Shown here: piece after piece, positions 1 through 9,076 of the stretch
How positions within the stretch are numbered: position 1 is the stretch's first letter
Layout of the letters: each line of letters begins with the position of its first letter
IMG/VR virus record: IMGVR_UViG_3300049042_000236
Location: 1-25,034 of that record
Direction: 5' to 3' (one strand)
Length of the DNA: 25,034 nucleotides
Source: a virus
Taxonomy: Duplodnaviria > Caudoviricetes
Position numbers and translations under genes: made by a program
The notes under the pieces: model-generated
The model's input: the letters and a program-made list of their open reading frames with translations, nothing else
Told to the model about the DNA's origin: nothing
The model's database searches: none

Positions 1-735
1 AAGTTGAGGCACAGCAGTAATTTTAATGACAATTTTTGAAATGTTTGCGGTTCCGCTTTGATAGCCAGCAAAAGCAGCAGAGCCGTCTGGTTGATTGAAA
101 AAAGACTCTCCGAAGGACAAATCGGTAGCAATCGGGTTATTGCTTGAATCTTTTAGGATTAAAATGCTGGCGTATGGTCTTAAAGCCGAGCTTTGAACCT
201 GAAGCCCGAGCCCTCTTACTGGAGTTGAGACAGAAACGGTAACGCTTGTATTATCAAAAGAATACACGCCAGCGTCTCCAAGATTAAAACATCCATACCA
301 GTTTGTGCTTTGAACTATTGTAAAAACTGAGGTCGCTGCCGTGATCGTAACCGTTTTACCGAGGTTCGATGTAACGCTCGAACCTGATGGAATTATTGTT
401 CCTGGCGACCCAAGCGCGGACCAATCGGCATAGTCGTCGTATGAGAAGCCGCTAGGAGATGCGTAAATCCCACCCGGTCCCCTCTGCCAGACGCTCGACC
501 GACAAACCACGGCCCCACTGACAACCGTGAGCGAAGTGATGCGTCCCCTTAATGTCTGACCAGCGATCAGCGAAACCGATGTGGTGGTTCCGCCGATGTT
601 AGACGCCGCGACGTTGATCGTGGACGCGCTAACCGCGGTGACCGAAGACCAGTTGCCGAAAACAAGACCCTCTGTGGTATCGACGTATCGACCCCAGTTC
701 TCGCCGGAAAGTTGCCTGTTGGCTCCGACGTTCAT
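1..735 (-). CDS. Virion-associated protein, 3'-truncated by the window edge (245 codons visible). N-terminal ~80 aa is paralogous to the 735..986 product; C-terminal beta-rich domain
   Basis: Absent from the ORF track because it has no stop in the window. ATG at 735 overlaps the upstream TGA (TGATG) and the frame is open to base 1: MNVGANRQLSGENWGRYVDTTEGLVFGNWSSVTAVSAST...LIAGQTLRGRITSLTVVSGAVV...DDYADWSALGSPGTIIPSG... Confidence 0.8.
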   Translation of the reverse strand, partial: MNVGANRQLSGENWGRYVDTTEGLVFGNWSSVTAVSASTINVAASNIGGTTTSVSLIAGQTLRGRITSLTVVSGAVVCRSSVWQRGPGGIYASPSGFSYDDYADWSALGSPGTIIPSGSSVTSNLGKTVTITAATSVFTIVQSTNWYGCFNLGDAGVYSFDNTSVTVSVSTPVRGLGLQVQSSALRPYASILILKDSSNNPIATDLSFGESFFNQPDGSAAFAGYQSGTANISKIVIKITAVPQL

Positions 736-986
736 CAGTACTTTCGCTTGTAGGCCACGACCGCACCTGACGTGACGGCGATCGATGAGAACACTCCCTT
801 GAGCGATTGACCCGCTGCCAGGTTGATGCCGGACGGCAGGCTGACGATGTTCGACGTGACCGCCCCGAGAACCGTGGCGCCGTAGGCTTCGATCTCGAAA
901 AAGTCCCCGGTGACGGTGCCCGATGCACTTGTGATGTAGTTCCCTCCGTACTCGCCCGAGAGTTGCCTGTTGGCTCCGATGTTCAT
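735..986 (-). CDS. Small beta-rich virion-associated protein (83 aa), possible decoration or fibre-anchor protein
   Basis: ATG start, G/S/T/V-rich, ends LAAGQSLKGVFSSIAVTSGAVVAYK. Lies in the structural cluster and is translationally coupled to a paralog. Function is inferred. Confidence 0.75.
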   Translation of the reverse strand: MNIGANRQLSGEYGGNYITSASGTVTGDFFEIEAYGATVLGAVTSNIVSLPSGINLAAGQSLKGVFSSIAVTSGAVVAYKRKY

Positions 987-1028
987 GTTGGTGTTCCTTT
1001 TGGCTGCGGTTGGCTGTCTAGCAAGTTC

Positions 1029-1454
1029 TCAGTTCGGATTCTGCGCAATGGCCGCGGCATGCTGGTACAACCCGTCGACGAAACTGTCGGTCCAGGCCAG
1101 CTCTTGCTGCAGCATCGTGATGATCGGGCTCGAGCGCATGATGGACTCCTTGTACTCCCACCTGTTCCATCCGATCGAACGCTGAGGCTCTGGAAGACCG
1201 TTGAGGGCGTTGGCCACGGCCGTCATCTCACCGGCAAACATCACGGCCTCACGCAGCGCCCACATCGACACCTGCTCCGGCACCGGAATCACAATCGGAG
1301 CCACCACCCAAGCGCCGTCCACCCACTGGCAGGTCTCGGTCGCTGGATCGTACGTTGGCTGCGGTGCCTCGACCCAGCCTTTGCGCAGGAGCGTGGCAAT
1401 GATCTGAGGATCGGTTTCGGAGCGAAGCTGGCCGTCGTATGTGAGGTAGGTCAT
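1029..1454 (-). CDS. Hypothetical protein, tail-fibre assembly/chaperone-like (141 aa)
   Basis: ATGA overlap with the upstream gene. Motifs PQPTYDPATETCQWVDGAWVV and VPEQVSMWALR resemble small proteins that follow phage fibre genes. Confidence 0.7.
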   Translation of the reverse strand: MTYLTYDGQLRSETDPQIIATLLRKGWVEAPQPTYDPATETCQWVDGAWVVAPIVIPVPEQVSMWALREAVMFAGEMTAVANALNGLPEPQRSIGWNRWEYKESIMRSSPIITMLQQELAWTDSFVDGLYQHAAAIAQNPN

Positions 1455-2167
1455 GAGCAGGCGATTTTGAAAGCGTAGGCCATTGCATGAGTGATGCGTT
1501 TTTCAACGCTGGCAGTGGTTACTGAATTTTTGAAAAACACAACGGATCCAACATTAGAGTCCCAGTAGTACTGCCTACCAGCAGGTCCGTCATTTAGAGA
1601 TCCTAAATCCCATGCTGCTGTAGCTGTAGCCCCAACTCCTGCCGTTGTTGTCTTGGTTTTTAAATCAATTCTGATGCCAAGATTTGTACCATTGTAATCG
1701 CCATAAACCACATGGTTTCCAGTAGTAAAATCAGTGGTTTGAGCGATCGGAAAGCTAGTTCCGTTAGATCTATTTGAAAAAATAGTGTTAGATGTAGTGT
1801 TTGTGGTTATTGCGAAATCTCGGTTGTAAGTCGCAGTTGCGCTGCGTCCAAAAATAGTGCGGACTGTTCCTGCGTTGCTGCTGTAAGTTGCAGAAAAGAA
1901 CGAGCAAGTACTGATGCTTTCATTGGCACCAGTCATAAAATCATTTGTTCCATCGAACTTTACAGCGGCCTGTCCGTTAATTCCGTTTGATCCCAGCTTC
2001 AGTAACGGCTTGTTCGCTGCCGTCGCCTGCGTCATGTCATAGGTTGACGACGTGCGACTTGGCCAAGTCGTTATCGCGTCACCGTCATTTCCAGACAGAA
2101 ACCTCGCATCCAGAACCATAGTGGCTCCAGCGTCGCGTGCGTTTAGATGCCGATGCCTTCTATGCAT
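1451..2167 (-). CDS. LamG/concanavalin-A-like jelly-roll protein, putative receptor-binding virion protein (238 aa)
   Basis: Pattern LDA..DGDAITTW..S..DMTQATAANKP...GINGQAAVKFDGTNDFM is typical of phage LamG-like domains. TAATG coupling to the fibre gene. Confidence 0.7.
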   Translation of the reverse strand: MHRRHRHLNARDAGATMVLDARFLSGNDGDAITTWPSRTSSTYDMTQATAANKPLLKLGSNGINGQAAVKFDGTNDFMTGANESISTCSFFSATYSSNAGTVRTIFGRSATATYNRDFAITTNTTSNTIFSNRSNGTSFPIAQTTDFTTGNHVVYGDYNGTNLGIRIDLKTKTTTAGVGATATAAWDLGSLNDGPAGRQYYWDSNVGSVVFFKNSVTTASVEKRITHAMAYAFKIACS

Positions 2168-4077
2168 TAGGCTGCGGTGTAGGAGATTTCGACTCCGAGA
2201 AGACGAGCATCTGCGGCAAGGGTGTCTCCGCCAGCGTTTGCATCTCGATAGACCTCGAAGATCACCGGGTTCCCTGCGGCAGCCGTGCCTCCAAGCGTGA
2301 TGGCACCAGTGGCTGACGAGATGTCGAGGTCATTGGTCGCTGTCAGTGTGTCGGTCACTGTCTGAGCCGTACCCTGAGCCTGATCCAAGGCGTCGTCGTT
2401 TGCGTAGGCTCGGCCAGACAGGCCCCAGATGACGTCGCCAGATCCTGTTGACGCGGTCCAATGGAACTTTGCGGTGATGGTGCCAGCGTTCCAGTTCGAC
2501 GGCATAACGATCATGCACTGGGCAAACTCATCTGTGCCAGCGTCGAACAACAGCTCGTCGGTGTTGATCTTGTTGGTGCTCAGCTCGCGGGAGTCAATTC
2601 CGCAGCCAGTCGTCGTGCGCGGAATCCACTGAGCCGCTGGGATCCAGACGTTGGTGGATCCGCCGCCAGATGCGGAGACAGCAGCCCACTTGAGACCCGT
2701 GGCCGTCGTCGAATCGACCGTCAGGACGTGGTTGTTTGTCCCTCCAACAGCTAGTCGGATGTTGTCGGTGCCATCGTAGACAATGATGTCGCCCTTTGTC
2801 GTCGTTGGCGCCAAAGCGTCAAAAGCCGGTGTTTTTGTGGTCTGGCCGGTGCCGCCGTTCCCGATCGGGAGCGTCCCCGTAATCGAAGCGGCCGTCGACA
2901 GATTGACCGCACCAAAAGCCAACGCGGTGCCACCGTCATTTACCCTGAGCACCTGCCCCGCAGTTCCAGTGATGTCGCCAGCGTTTGCAGTCGATGAAGT
3001 TCCATTGCCGACAACCGACAACGCGGCGGGCTGCTGGAACTTGGCGTAGGTGACGGCGTTATTGGCGATTGTGGTCGAGTTGTTGTTTGCGGATGCCGTG
3101 ACGTCGCCAGTAAGCGCGGCCCGCTCGAAACTGACCTGGCCGGACGTCGTCCAGTTTGCAGTGACCGTAGTGGAATCACCAACGACCGCTCCTCCACCAC
3201 CACCGCTGGCAGTCAGTGTCGTGCCGCTCATTGAGAGCCCAGACCCAATGGTGATCTCCTGGAAGTCTCCAGCGCCAGAAGCGGAACCACGACCCAGAAG
3301 CACCGACGCAGCCGACGCTTGTGCGATGTTGCTGAAGGGCAGGTCTCCAGTGACGTCCGACGTGAGCGTGATCAGACCACGCGTGATCGTTTGCCCGGCG
3401 ATCGTCAAATAGGTCGGAGTGCCAGCCAGCGTGACATCGCCAGTGTTGGTGCCGCTCGAGGAGCCGGAGAACGAGCCGGTGCCGGAGACTGTGACGCCGT
3501 TGTATTTGCCGGCCGTGATGTCGCCCGTCGTATCAGCAATGGTCGCCGCCGAGTTCTGGATCAGCTTTCCAGTCGTGCCATCGAAACGAACGATGGCGTT
3601 GTCAGTCGCGCTTGCAGGACCAGCCACGTCGCCAGCACCCGCGGGCGTCGCCCACACGCCGTCACCACGCCAGAACGTGGACGCGCTCGCCGATGTGCCG
3701 CTATTGAGGTTGGTGACGGGAAGGTTCCCGGTGATGTCCGTTACCAGGTCAACCAGACCGCGGGTGATCGTCTGGCCGGCGATTGTGATGTAGTCAGGTG
3801 TTCCAGTCAGTGTGACGTCGCCACTGTTGGTCCCGCTCAACGTTCCGCTCGCGCCATCCGCAATCGTGATCCCAGACGCCTGAAGCGTAGAACCTCCAGT
3901 GCCATCGGCTCTGAGGATCGCGTTATCCGCGGCGCCAGTGGATCCACCAATCCCGCCGCCACCGCTGCCTCCAAATAACTGCGTGAAGTTGGTGTTGCAC
4001 TTGTCGAAGGCTGTCCTCAGCGGATCACCTGTCCCGTCGTTAGCTGCCGCTCCGATGTCGATGATCTCCTGTGCCAT
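2167..4077 (-). CDS. Tail/virion fibre protein (636 aa) with T4 gp9/gp10-like N-terminal motif and internal repeats
   Basis: N-terminus [35 protein letters not shown] matches the T4 gp9/gp10-type N-terminal motif. G/T/S/A-rich; contains [13 protein letters not shown] and [11 protein letters not shown] fibre motifs. Confidence 0.85.
   Translation of the reverse strand: MAQEIIDIGAAANDGTGDPLRTAFDKCNTNFTQLFGGSGGGGIGGSTGAADNAILRADGTGGSTLQASGITIADGASGTLSGTNSGDVTLTGTPDYITIAGQTITRGLVDLVTDITGNLPVTNLNSGTSASASTFWRGDGVWATPAGAGDVAGPASATDNAIVRFDGTTGKLIQNSAATIADTTGDITAGKYNGVTVSGTGSFSGSSSGTNTGDVTLAGTPTYLTIAGQTITRGLITLTSDVTGDLPFSNIAQASAASVLLGRGSASGAGDFQEITIGSGLSMSGTTLTASGGGGGAVVGDSTTVTANWTTSGQVSFERAALTGDVTASANNNSTTIANNAVTYAKFQQPAALSVVGNGTSSTANAGDITGTAGQVLRVNDGGTALAFGAVNLSTAASITGTLPIGNGGTGQTTKTPAFDALAPTTTKGDIIVYDGTDNIRLAVGGTNNHVLTVDSTTATGLKWAAVSASGGGSTNVWIPAAQWIPRTTTGCGIDSRELSTNKINTDELLFDAGTDEFAQCMIVMPSNWNAGTITAKFHWTASTGSGDVIWGLSGRAYANDDALDQAQGTAQTVTDTLTATNDLDISSATGAITLGGTAAAGNPVIFEVYRDANAGGDTLAADARLLGVEISYTAA
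3337..3948 (-). repeat. Internal tandem protein-level duplication in the fibre gene (units ~3718-3948 and ~3337-3621)
   Basis: [12 protein letters not shown]...[40 protein letters not shown] versus [12 protein letters not shown]...[40 protein letters not shown]. Confidence 0.85.
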
Positions 4078-4080
4078 ACG

Positions 4081-4446
4081 TCAGTACTTCTTTGTGAATC
4101 GAGTGTTGGTGGGTGCATACCCGAACTGCAACCGCGTTCCCCCGGATTTGACCCGCACCTCCGGGTTGTCGCGCTCGACCTCCCGCAGGAACCCGTTGTC
4201 GCGCCAGCAATCGTACCCGAGCTTTTGTCCCCAGTGATGGAACAGCGTTGGATCGAGACGCATCCGGAGCTGACCGATCCCATCGATGGATCGATGCACC
4301 TGCTCGGACTGCTTGGCGATCCGCTTCTGATGGATCTCGGCATTCACCAACTCCTGGTTGTAGCCGGTCTTGAGTTCGTTGAGCACGGCGCGATGCATGT
4401 GCTCGGGAATACCGTCGAGTGCGCTGTTGAGTAGTTGGTCTGCCAT
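4081..4446 (-). CDS. Hypothetical phage protein downstream of the major capsid gene (121 aa)
   Basis: ATG start. Fills the gap between the capsid terminator and the fibre gene with globular composition (HHWGQKLGYDCWRDNGFLREVERDNPE). Confidence 0.75.
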   Translation of the reverse strand: MADQLLNSALDGIPEHMHRAVLNELKTGYNQELVNAEIHQKRIAKQSEQVHRSIDGIGQLRMRLDPTLFHHWGQKLGYDCWRDNGFLREVERDNPEVRVKSGGTRLQFGYAPTNTRFTKKY

Positions 4447-4449
4447 ATG

Positions 4450-4486
4450 AAAAAGGGAGCACCCACCACCTTGGCAGATGCTCCCT
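4450..4486 (-). terminator. Rho-independent terminator after the major capsid gene
   Basis: Minus strand AGGGAGCA-tctgccaaggtggtggg-TGCTCCCT followed by TTTT, 16 nt after the capsid stop. Confidence 0.75.
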
Positions 4487-4502
4487 GGTTACTTGTTAAG
4501 GA

Positions 4503-5573
4503 TTAGGATGCGGCTCCGTTGAACATACCAAAACCCTGGGCATTTTTGCAGACCAAACCAGCGATGGCCTGGACGAGACGAACAGGGCCGCCGCCAGCGT
4601 CGGGGAGCTCCTTGACCTCGGGCAGCTTGGCATAGCGGATCTCAACCATGTCCATCGGGATGACGTAACCCCTAGACGCCAACGAGGTCAGGGTGTTGTC
4701 ACCAGTCGTACGCGACCCAATAAAAGTCGACGGGTGCAACACAAGGGTTCCGAAGTCGCCAACGAAAATATCGATGGAGGACTTGAACGTGTCGCTCGAC
4801 AGGTCTTGACTGAAAGTGCGAACCGAAGTCGCAGCGATGTTTGAGGTGTTGGCGGTCGTGGTCGTCGCACCCGCGGTCAGGTTGGTGAACGCACGCTTCA
4901 GGGTCGTTCCAACGATCGCGTCGTAGGTCCGGTAGACGCCGGTCGCACCGTAGATGGCGGTGAGCACGTTTTGCACAGTTCCCTCGTTGAGAGCGGCAGC
5001 AGTCGTGGTAGTGACGGCGCCAGAAGCGGGACCGTAGTTGCCACCCGAGTAGGTAGCCGGAAGACCAACGGTTCCGGAAGCCGGAGTTCCAGTGAGCCAG
5101 TTGCCGAGGGAACTGGTCAGATAGGCGGTCGGTGAGCTCTCGGGCGTGGCCGGCTGGTTGGTGCAGAGGAACGTCGCCTCCATATCCCGTTTTAGCTCAA
5201 CCATTTTCTTAGCAATGCCGTTGGAAAGCTCGCTGCTGACTCCAGCCACATTCTGAGTCTCAGCGATGAAGCCGATACGCAGATCGCGGCGGAACGCCTG
5301 AGCGTAGTTGCTCTGACGAGCACGATTCACGACAGGGTTCGAGGCATTGGTCGCGGTCACGTCGGTGCCGTCAACTACGCCGGCCAGGTTGACTGCACCG
5401 TACGAGTCGACTTGCCAATCAAACCGCATGTTTCCCAGATCCTTCCCCTTCGGGGCCATACTGGTGAAGGGACAAGATTTGGCATCGACGATGGCAATGT
5501 AGTCAGCCAAGTCCTCGCGGATCGCGGACCCAGAAGAGTTCTGGTTGACCTGGTTGGGTTGAATAAGCGGCAT
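4503..5573 (-). CDS. Major capsid protein, SU10/DUF5309-like (356 aa)
   Basis: N-terminal REDLADYIAIVDAKSCPFTSM..K....RFDWQVD, central NYAQAF and KKMVELKRDMEA, C-terminal DIFVGDFG. Follows the scaffold gene and precedes a terminator. Confidence 0.9.
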   Translation of the reverse strand: MPLIQPNQVNQNSSGSAIREDLADYIAIVDAKSCPFTSMAPKGKDLGNMRFDWQVDSYGAVNLAGVVDGTDVTATNASNPVVNRARQSNYAQAFRRDLRIGFIAETQNVAGVSSELSNGIAKKMVELKRDMEATFLCTNQPATPESSPTAYLTSSLGNWLTGTPASGTVGLPATYSGGNYGPASGAVTTTTAAALNEGTVQNVLTAIYGATGVYRTYDAIVGTTLKRAFTNLTAGATTTTANTSNIAATSVRTFSQDLSSDTFKSSIDIFVGDFGTLVLHPSTFIGSRTTGDNTLTSLASRGYVIPMDMVEIRYAKLPEVKELPDAGGGPVRLVQAIAGLVCKNAQGFGMFNGAAS

Positions 5574-5582
5574 AGTATTTCC

Positions 5583-6587
5583 TTACTTGAGAAGTGTTTG
5601 TTGAAGCAACTTGGCCAGTTCGGTCGATGACCCGGTTCGCATGAAGTTCTGTTTCGCAGCCTTGGATTCGGACGCCGACTTGTCGGTTCTCATGGGACTC
5701 GTCTTCGGTGCGCTTGGCTGCTTTGGGGCCACCTTGACGGGAGCCTTTGGAGCCTTCGCTACCTTCTCGCGTTCCATCCTCATGCGTCGTCCCTCAAGGA
5801 AGTCGCCGATCGCGATCTGATGGTCCGGATACATCGCAAGCTGTGGCATCTGCCGCAGAACTTGCTGTGCCTCCGAATACGTCTGATTCGACCGATCCTT
5901 CCACCAGGGATAGACGCTTTCGGCAACCGGCTTGACCGCCTTGTAGGTCGTCAGGAACTGATGCCTCGTCGGGATGTGGACATCGATCGCGTCCTCGACC
6001 TTACGTCGAATGGCTTTGATGTCCTCCGCCGAGTACTCCTTCCCAGCGACCTCGCAGCCGTCGGAATTGTCTTCGCACCACCGCCGAAGATCCCGGGCCT
6101 TGCGATACTCATCATTGAGCTTCGCTTCGTCCCAGACATCGCCGAATGGATTGTCGACCTGCCCGACTGCCGCCACGGGTGGCGCCTGCTGCAGCTCATC
6201 CAGTTTCCTCTGCGCATCCGCTAGTTCACGCTCCAAGGCTTCGGCCTTCGCTGCCGCCTCCTTGCGTTGCGCAACCAACTTATTAATCCGCTTCTGGACC
6301 CCGGTTGAGCTGTCCTCCTCCTGCTGCGGAACAGATTCCTGTTCCCCGGACTCGTCCACGGTCGTCTCCCCACCGTCTTCAGCGGTCACGGACGCTGACT
6401 CCTCGGCAACCGGCTCGTCCTCACTCGAGGCTGCTGGTTCCAGTGCTTCGACGGCTTCCTTGGGCTCCGGCTCAGAGAACCGCTGCTTCAGGAGGTTTGC
6501 CAACGCGCTCTCGTCGAAGGTGAGCGGGTTGATTTTAGGTGCCGTGTTTTGGGAGGGTTTCGCTTCCCCACTGTTGATTGCTTCCAT
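5583..6587 (-). CDS. Capsid scaffolding protein (~334 aa; ATG 6587 preferred over TTG 6605)
   Basis: Acidic, disordered N-terminus; GVQKRINKLVAQRKEA coiled coil; K/P/A-rich C-terminus. Positioned between portal and capsid genes. Confidence 0.8.
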   Translation of the reverse strand: MEAINSGEAKPSQNTAPKINPLTFDESALANLLKQRFSEPEPKEAVEALEPAASSEDEPVAEESASVTAEDGGETTVDESGEQESVPQQEEDSSTGVQKRINKLVAQRKEAAAKAEALERELADAQRKLDELQQAPPVAAVGQVDNPFGDVWDEAKLNDEYRKARDLRRWCEDNSDGCEVAGKEYSAEDIKAIRRKVEDAIDVHIPTRHQFLTTYKAVKPVAESVYPWWKDRSNQTYSEAQQVLRQMPQLAMYPDHQIAIGDFLEGRRMRMEREKVAKAPKAPVKVAPKQPSAPKTSPMRTDKSASESKAAKQNFMRTGSSTELAKLLQQTLLK

Positions 6588-6624
6588 GCTTTTTAGACCC
6601 TGCAAGACGGGTATTGCTGCAACA

Positions 6625-6690
6625 GGGTTTAATGCTAAACCCAGAAAGCTGTGGACCTCATGCGTTTATTTAGCGTTAGCGTCAACGCTA
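6625..6690 (-). promoter_or_regulatory. Candidate promoter/leader for the scaffold-capsid genes
   Basis: TTGACG (-35-like, 6680-6685) sits inside the palindrome TAGCGT-ca-ACGCTA (6677-6690). Leader hairpin GGGTTTA-4nt-TAAACCC at 6625-6642. The -10 box is poor. Confidence 0.4.
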
Positions 6691-6930
6691 TTCTTCGCTT
6701 TTGAGTTCCAGTGGGAAGCCGCTTTCGTTCAGGAATGCCTTGAGGTCATGCAATGACGCCGCCCGCCCGCAGTTGTACGCACGTCCCTCGGCCGTGAGGT
6801 TGGACGCCACCGCGGCATGCGTCTCGTCGACGATGAACTCGTCCAGGATCTGCCTCAGCGCCCGCACGATCGGGTCGTCCTGCCCGAACCCACGCAGCGT
6901 CTCCTCGATTTTCTCCTGTTTCATGGTCAC
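6688..6930 (-). CDS. Small helical protein between portal and scaffold (80 aa)
   Basis: GTGA overlap with the portal stop (alternative ATG at 6924). RAYNCGRAASL motif resembles small portal-adjacent podophage proteins. Confidence 0.7.
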   Translation of the reverse strand: MTMKQEKIEETLRGFGQDDPIVRALRQILDEFIVDETHAAVASNLTAEGRAYNCGRAASLHDLKAFLNESGFPLELKSEE

Positions 6931-9023
6931 TGGGGTTGTACTCCGAGGCGTCCGGTGACCGCGTTCTGCTGCTGTTGGACGCTAAATTGCAGGTTTTCCA
7001 CATACTTCTGCAGGTTGGCCTGGAAGAGCGGATCGCTCTGCGCCTGCTGCTGATATTTCGGATTCGCCTGCAGAATCTGCTGCGCAAAATTGAGTCGAGC
7101 CTGCGCCGACGGATCGTTCTCGCGCAGTTTCGCCGGATTGCCGAGCGACATCAGGCCCAGTTCGTCGTTCGTTTCGTCGAACATCTTCTGCGCCGCAGGT
7201 CCGGCCTGCATGATCAGCTCGCTGGCCAGCGTCGGGTCGATTGCACGCAGCGCCAGCCCGACCAACTTGGTCCGATCGAGCACGCCGGCCGAGTCGAGAG
7301 GCAGCACCAAAGTCGAAATCGCCTTAAGTTTTTCGGTCACCAAGTCGGATTGCAGCTCCCTGACATCGAATTTCAGCGACACATCGAAGTCCTGGATGTC
7401 AGTCGACAGCGGCGTCGCACTGTTGGTGATTCGAGCAACCTCTTCCGGTCCGGTGTACTGCAGGGTCAACGACAACACCTGCCTGAAAGCCTCAGTCCAG
7501 CCGTGCAGCCAGTTGTTCACGATGCGCTGCTGCCGCATCTGTGTGATTGCAGGAGGTACTTTCTCGGTGGGTCTTCCAAAGTACCGATCCACCTGGACCT
7601 CAATGGCGGCAATCAGGTTGAACGCGACCGAAGGCTCCCTCGCCGGAGGCTGCATGAACGAAATCTCACCCGGCCTGAGAACCGGGATCTGAACCGCAGG
7701 CCCAAGCCGCAGATTCCCGCCCCTCGTTTTGGGCACCTGGATCGGCGGAATCGTGTTCAGCGAGGTGTAGTCGAAGATCGAGTCGCGCTGCGCCTTGATC
7801 TCGTTTTGCCAGGTGTAGCAGATCTCAGGCACGCCGCGGCTCTCGACGATCTTTCGGTGGATGATCTCAGACCGCCACGCGACGAACGGGTACTGCCCGT
7901 GCTCGTAGTCCAAGAGCTCGAACTTGCCCCACGCACCGCCCACCTGCGGCGAGAACACGGTGCAGAACACACCAGGCACGCCCTCCTCATCGAGCGCCTT
8001 CTGGTACGCGTACACCACCTCGATCAAGTTTTCGCGGTCCAGCAGCGCGTTGTTGGTCAGACCCAAAGTGTAGGTGTAGTCCGAGAAGTTCGAGAACTTG
8101 CCCCGAGACGCGATCGCTTGCTTGGCCCACTCCTCATCCCACTCGTCGGTCTCCACATGCTGCATGAGCTCGATCTCTGTCATGTAGCAACGCCGGAACA
8201 CAACCCGGGCGCTCTGGATGTCGGTCGTCTCCGGCGGGAACGCGATCTCATCGTACGGCGCCAACGCCGCAATCGATGGCGAATTCTTGACCATCGTCGG
8301 CACCGGGAACTCGCACTCGCCCTCCTCACGCAGATCCTTCACGCATTCCAGCGCCTTGCGCTTCCGAAGGTTCGGGAACGCCGCCATGAGCAGCTCCGCC
8401 AACTGGTCCGTGGCCTCCGGATTGGCCAACAGATTGGGCAAGTCCGCCAGCACGCTTCCCTGCGGACTCTGCGCCGCAATGGCCATGAGCTGTTCCACCG
8501 TGACGTACTGCTCCTTCTGCCCGATCTCCTGCTGCCAGCTCACATGCACCGCGGCCCAACCGTACGTCCACAGGTACTGACTCAGGAGTTCCACCTCCCG
8601 AGTCATGTCCGTGTAGAGCTTCTGGTTCATCACCCAGTCCATGAGCGAATGCGCCGTCACCGACGTGTCGATCGTGCGCACGTTGGTCGGCGACACCCGC
8701 AGCATCGAACGCCAGAAAGACGTGGAACACACATCCACCAGCCCGTTGACGACCTCGTCCGCCAACGGGATCCGCGTGTCCGACGCCCCGTCCCAGGGGA
8801 ACGCCATCTTGCCGTGCGGTTGGTTCTCGCTCCACTTCTTGCCGTCGGTGGCCTGCCCCTGCCAACGGCAGTACCGCGTGTTCTCGGCCTGCTCGACACG
8901 ACTTCCAATGCCATAGTCAGTAGCCGCTCGTCTCAGCTCCTCAGTCAATGCAGTCACGTTGGGCTCGGACCCCACATGAGCCATCGTGTCGCCGCTGTTC
9001 TTGTACGTCGTTTGATATTCCAT
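6927..9023 (-). CDS. Portal protein (~698 aa; start ATG 9023 or GTG 9053)
   Basis: Size and position directly after TerL. Motifs PWDGASDTRIPLADEVVN, YLWTYGWA, HGQYPFV, ESRGVPE; Q-rich helical C-terminus typical of P22-like podoviral portals. Confidence 0.85.
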   Translation of the reverse strand: MEYQTTYKNSGDTMAHVGSEPNVTALTEELRRAATDYGIGSRVEQAENTRYCRWQGQATDGKKWSENQPHGKMAFPWDGASDTRIPLADEVVNGLVDVCSTSFWRSMLRVSPTNVRTIDTSVTAHSLMDWVMNQKLYTDMTREVELLSQYLWTYGWAAVHVSWQQEIGQKEQYVTVEQLMAIAAQSPQGSVLADLPNLLANPEATDQLAELLMAAFPNLRKRKALECVKDLREEGECEFPVPTMVKNSPSIAALAPYDEIAFPPETTDIQSARVVFRRCYMTEIELMQHVETDEWDEEWAKQAIASRGKFSNFSDYTYTLGLTNNALLDRENLIEVVYAYQKALDEEGVPGVFCTVFSPQVGGAWGKFELLDYEHGQYPFVAWRSEIIHRKIVESRGVPEICYTWQNEIKAQRDSIFDYTSLNTIPPIQVPKTRGGNLRLGPAVQIPVLRPGEISFMQPPAREPSVAFNLIAAIEVQVDRYFGRPTEKVPPAITQMRQQRIVNNWLHGWTEAFRQVLSLTLQYTGPEEVARITNSATPLSTDIQDFDVSLKFDVRELQSDLVTEKLKAISTLVLPLDSAGVLDRTKLVGLALRAIDPTLASELIMQAGPAAQKMFDETNDELGLMSLGNPAKLRENDPSAQARLNFAQQILQANPKYQQQAQSDPLFQANLQKYVENLQFSVQQQQNAVTGRLGVQPQ

Positions 9024-9076
9024 CTTCGTGTGCTGGCTATTGTCCCCCGCCACTCAAAAAGCAATCCCGCTTCCCA

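Noticed and set aside
1-4077. Diversity-generating retroelement acting on the fibre or lectin genes
   Set aside because: No reverse transcriptase in the window. The repeat pairs seen (701-735/952-986 and the fibre duplication) do not differ specifically at adenines.
9039-9064. Possible promoter TTGCTT...GACAAT before the portal gene
   Set aside because: The spacer is only 14 nt.
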